IMG/VR virus record: IMGVR_UViG_3300037478_000544
Span: 1 to 51,886 of that record
Reading direction: 5' to 3' (one strand)
Length of the DNA: 51,886 bases
Source of the DNA: a virus
Lineage: Duplodnaviria > Caudoviricetes
The number at the start of each line of letters is the position of its first letter. The stretch's first letter is position 1. A model generated the notes under the pieces. It saw nothing but the letters and a program-made list of their open reading frames with translations, did no database searches and was not told the DNA's origin. The position numbers were made by a program, and so were the translations under genes. Shown here piece by piece: positions 49,477 through 51,886 of the stretch.

Positions 49477-50826
49477 GTGTCCGAGAACGTCTACCTCAAG
49501 TCGCTACGCGACCAGTACGACGGTCTGAAGAAGTCCATCGAAGGTTTCCAGTCCCGCGCGGCCGAGGCGAAGCGTGAGCTGACAAACGAGGAACTGCGGT
49601 CGGTGACCGAGCAGGGTGAGAAGGCGAAGGCCCTGTTCACGCAGATCGAGGACCTGTCCGAGATCGAGCTTCGCAACGCCAAGGTCGCGGCGATGGCCGC
49701 GAAGGTGTACGGGGCGATCGCCGACGGCAGCAACAAGCCCGACGACGAGCACGACACCAGCAAGGGTGATGACGGCACCCGCGGTGTGAAGCTGGGCGGT
49801 GCCACAACCCAGGACCGGGACCCGGGGCACTACGTCCGCGGCGGCCGGCACTCGTTCGTGGGCGACCAGTTCCGCGCCGCGAAGATGGGCGACGAGCAGG
49901 CCCGCGAGCGGCTGACCAAGCACACCAACGCGCTGCGCGACAACGAGCACCTGCGTGACGTGCTCGGCACCGGCGGAGGTGCTGGGCTGGTCCCCCCGGT
50001 GTGGCTGGCCGAGCAGTTCGCCCCGGTGCTGCACCGGCGGCTTCGGGTCGCCAGCGTCCTGCGGCAGGTGCCGTGGGCCGGTCCGTACCCGTGGTCGATC
50101 CCGATCTCCGGCACCGCGGCGGACGGCGCCGTAGTCGCCGAGGGTGTCAACCCGACCGAGTCGGACCCCACCTACACCGTGCTGACGGTCACCCCGAAGA
50201 CGATCTCCGGGTTCTCCGAGGTGTCCCGGCAGATGCTGGAGGCGTCGAACCCGGCCGTCGACGCGGTGATCTGGGGTGACCTGCTCGGCGACTTCTACGA
50301 CGACGCCGAGACCGAAGTGATCTCCGCGTTGGAGGCGCAGGCGTCGGTGAACACCGTGACCATCGCCGACGGTGCGGTGCTGCCGGGCGCCCGCAACGGC
50401 ATCCTGGACGCGATCGCCGCGGTGTCAGACAACGCTGCCGGCGACGCTGACGTGTTCGTGGGTCGCACCGCCCGGTGGACCGCGTACCTGAAGCTGGCCG
50501 ACACGACCAACCGGCCGCTGATCCTGGCGCAGTCGTACAACCCGCGGAACGCCATCGGCGAGGGTGGTGCCACGCAGGGCTTCCGGTCTCCGATCCAGGG
50601 CAACCTGGAGTCGCTGGTGGTGGTCACGTCGCCGACAGCGGCTGCGAACCGGGGGTTCGTCATCAACAGCCAGGAGCTGCTGTTCTCGGCGTCGCCGCCG
50701 ATGCAGTTCCGGTTCGAGGAGCCGGCCGGTCCGGCGCTGATCCGGGTCGGCGTGTGGGGCTACATGGCGGTGGCGACCGGCCGCCGCCCGAAGGCCATCA
50801 CGAAGATCACCTACACGGCGAACTGA
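49477..50826 (+). CDS. Major capsid protein (HK97 fold, N-terminal delta domain)
   Basis: Coiled-coil N-terminus, GLVPP.WL, VAEG...E, VSRQMLE.SNP; GGAGG RBS. Confidence 0.93.
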   Translation: MSENVYLKSLRDQYDGLKKSIEGFQSRAAEAKRELTNEELRSVTEQGEKAKALFTQIEDLSEIELRNAKVAAMAAKVYGAIADGSNKPDDEHDTSKGDDGTRGVKLGGATTQDRDPGHYVRGGRHSFVGDQFRAAKMGDEQARERLTKHTNALRDNEHLRDVLGTGGGAGLVPPVWLAEQFAPVLHRRLRVASVLRQVPWAGPYPWSIPISGTAADGAVVAEGVNPTESDPTYTVLTVTPKTISGFSEVSRQMLEASNPAVDAVIWGDLLGDFYDDAETEVISALEAQASVNTVTIADGAVLPGARNGILDAIAAVSDNAAGDADVFVGRTARWTAYLKLADTTNRPLILAQSYNPRNAIGEGGATQGFRSPIQGNLESLVVVTSPTAAANRGFVINSQELLFSASPPMQFRFEEPAGPALIRVGVWGYMAVATGRRPKAITKITYTAN

Positions 50827-50828
50827 TC

Positions 50829-51191
50829 ATGTGGCCCCCGGACCTGGACGCGTTCAAGCTGGAGCTGCGCTCCCGCGGTGAGGACCCGCTGGCGCTGGAC
50901 GTCGACGACGACCAGCTCGCCACCGCTCTCGCCGCGGCGATCAGCTTCGTTGAGCGCGTCCGGGCCGGGGCCTACAACTTTGCCGGCGACCTCGACAGCA
51001 CGCTGCCAGACCCGAGCGCCGACCTGGTTCTGGGCACGCTGCGGCTGGCATCCAGGTGGCACACCCGCCGCCGTTCCCCGGACGCGCTGATCGAGATGGG
51101 TGAGCTGGGCGCCTCCCGGGTGCCTAGCTTCGACCCGGACATTGACCGGCTGCTCGGGATCGGGCGCTACCGGGGGGCGGTGTTCGCCTGA
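50829..51191 (+). CDS. Head-tail connector/adaptor
   Basis: Clear homologue of 16741-17106. Confidence 0.8.
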   Translation: MWPPDLDAFKLELRSRGEDPLALDVDDDQLATALAAAISFVERVRAGAYNFAGDLDSTLPDPSADLVLGTLRLASRWHTRRRSPDALIEMGELGASRVPSFDPDIDRLLGIGRYRGAVFA

Positions 51192-51418
51192 TGGCCGACT
51201 ACGGCGAGGTGGATGTCCGCCGTGAGGATGATGGCAGCCTCACAGTGGTGCGCGCCGACCAGCGGATCGGCATAACAGCTGGGCTGCTCGTCGAGGCGGC
51301 TGGTGCAGGCCTGGCCACTGATGCTGCCGGCCGCCTGGTCGTCGCCGGGCAGGTGCGGTACACGCCCGTCGGGTTCGACCTGAACGGCCGTGTCGTTATC
51401 TGCGAGAAGGTGGGCTGA
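51191..51418 (+). CDS. Hypothetical protein absent from prophage 1
   Basis: TGATG-coupled on both sides. Confidence 0.65.
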   Translation: MADYGEVDVRREDDGSLTVVRADQRIGITAGLLVEAAGAGLATDAAGRLVVAGQVRYTPVGFDLNGRVVICEKVG

Positions 51419-51792
51419 TGGCCGGCGAGGTGAAGGCGGCGGCGGAGGCGCTGGAGACGGCGCTGCGCACGGTCGACGGGCTGCGCGTGTTCCGGGACCC
51501 TGGGGCCAGCGCGGACCCGCCAGCGGCGATCCTGGGTGCCCCGGCGTTGGGCTGGCGCGCGTTCTGCCCCGCGCCGACCAGTGCACGGTTCACCGTGTTC
51601 GTGGTGGTGGCGGCCAACGAGCGGGCGATGGAGCAGCTGTGGGACCTGGTTCCGGTGGTCGCCGCGGCCGTGGAGGAGCAGGTGCAGGAGGCGTCGGTGC
51701 GCGACGGGGACGCGGCTGCCCTGCCGACGACGTTCCCCACCGGTGGCAGCAACCTGCCGGCGTACGCCATCGAGATTGATTACGAGCTTTAG
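51418..51792 (+). CDS. Tail terminator/completion protein
   Basis: Near-identical to 17106-17480. Confidence 0.7.
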   Translation: MAGEVKAAAEALETALRTVDGLRVFRDPGASADPPAAILGAPALGWRAFCPAPTSARFTVFVVVAANERAMEQLWDLVPVVAAAVEEQVQEASVRDGDAAALPTTFPTGGSNLPAYAIEIDYEL

Positions 51793-51802
51793 GGAGGGTG
51801 CC

Positions 51803-51886
51803 ATGACCGTCCACAACCGGCGACACAAGCTGGTCCAGTTGTCCGTCGGCGGCAACCAGTTCGAATGCCAGGTCCGGTCGTGGACC
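51803..51886 (+). CDS. Major tail protein (partial)
   Basis: Identical to the start of 17491-17898. Confidence 0.8.
   Translation, partial: MTVHNRRHKLVQLSVGGNQFECQVRSWT

Larger units (their letters stand above)
34050..51886 (+). mobile_element. Prophage 2 (continues past the window end)
   Basis: Second integrase, replication, packaging, head and start of tail. Left junction not resolved. Confidence 0.85.

Noticed and set aside
1-51886. tRNA or rRNA genes
   Set aside because: No cloverleaf or rRNA-like sequence was recognised by eye; a tRNAscan-SE run would confirm.

Overview
High-GC actinobacterial DNA almost entirely occupied by two tandem, co-oriented siphovirus-like prophages. Element 1 (~130-34,000) looks complete: large serine integrase, phiRv1 Rv1584c-like RDF, MT-A70 methyltransferase, primase-helicase with iteron origin, HNH, a terminase pair INVERTED relative to the structural operon, one 1045-aa portal-protease-capsid ORF, a tail module with a PhoD phosphatase fused to a minor tail protein, a lysis cassette, a displaced fibre module and a Spo11/TOPRIM-like gene. 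It appears to interrupt a DUF222 (13E12-type) host gene at the left edge. Element 2 (~34,050 to past the right edge) has a different integrase, SF1B helicase, Cas4-like exonuclease, primase-SF3 helicase with its own iterons, and a conventional terS-terL-portal-protease-capsid block. The two elements have unrelated or distant integrases, helicases, terminases and heads. They share a 13-bp motif at the expected cos position, homologous HNH and primase domains, and a near-identical start of the tail module. No cI-type repressor was recognised in either. All family calls come from motif recognition by eye; no database search was run.
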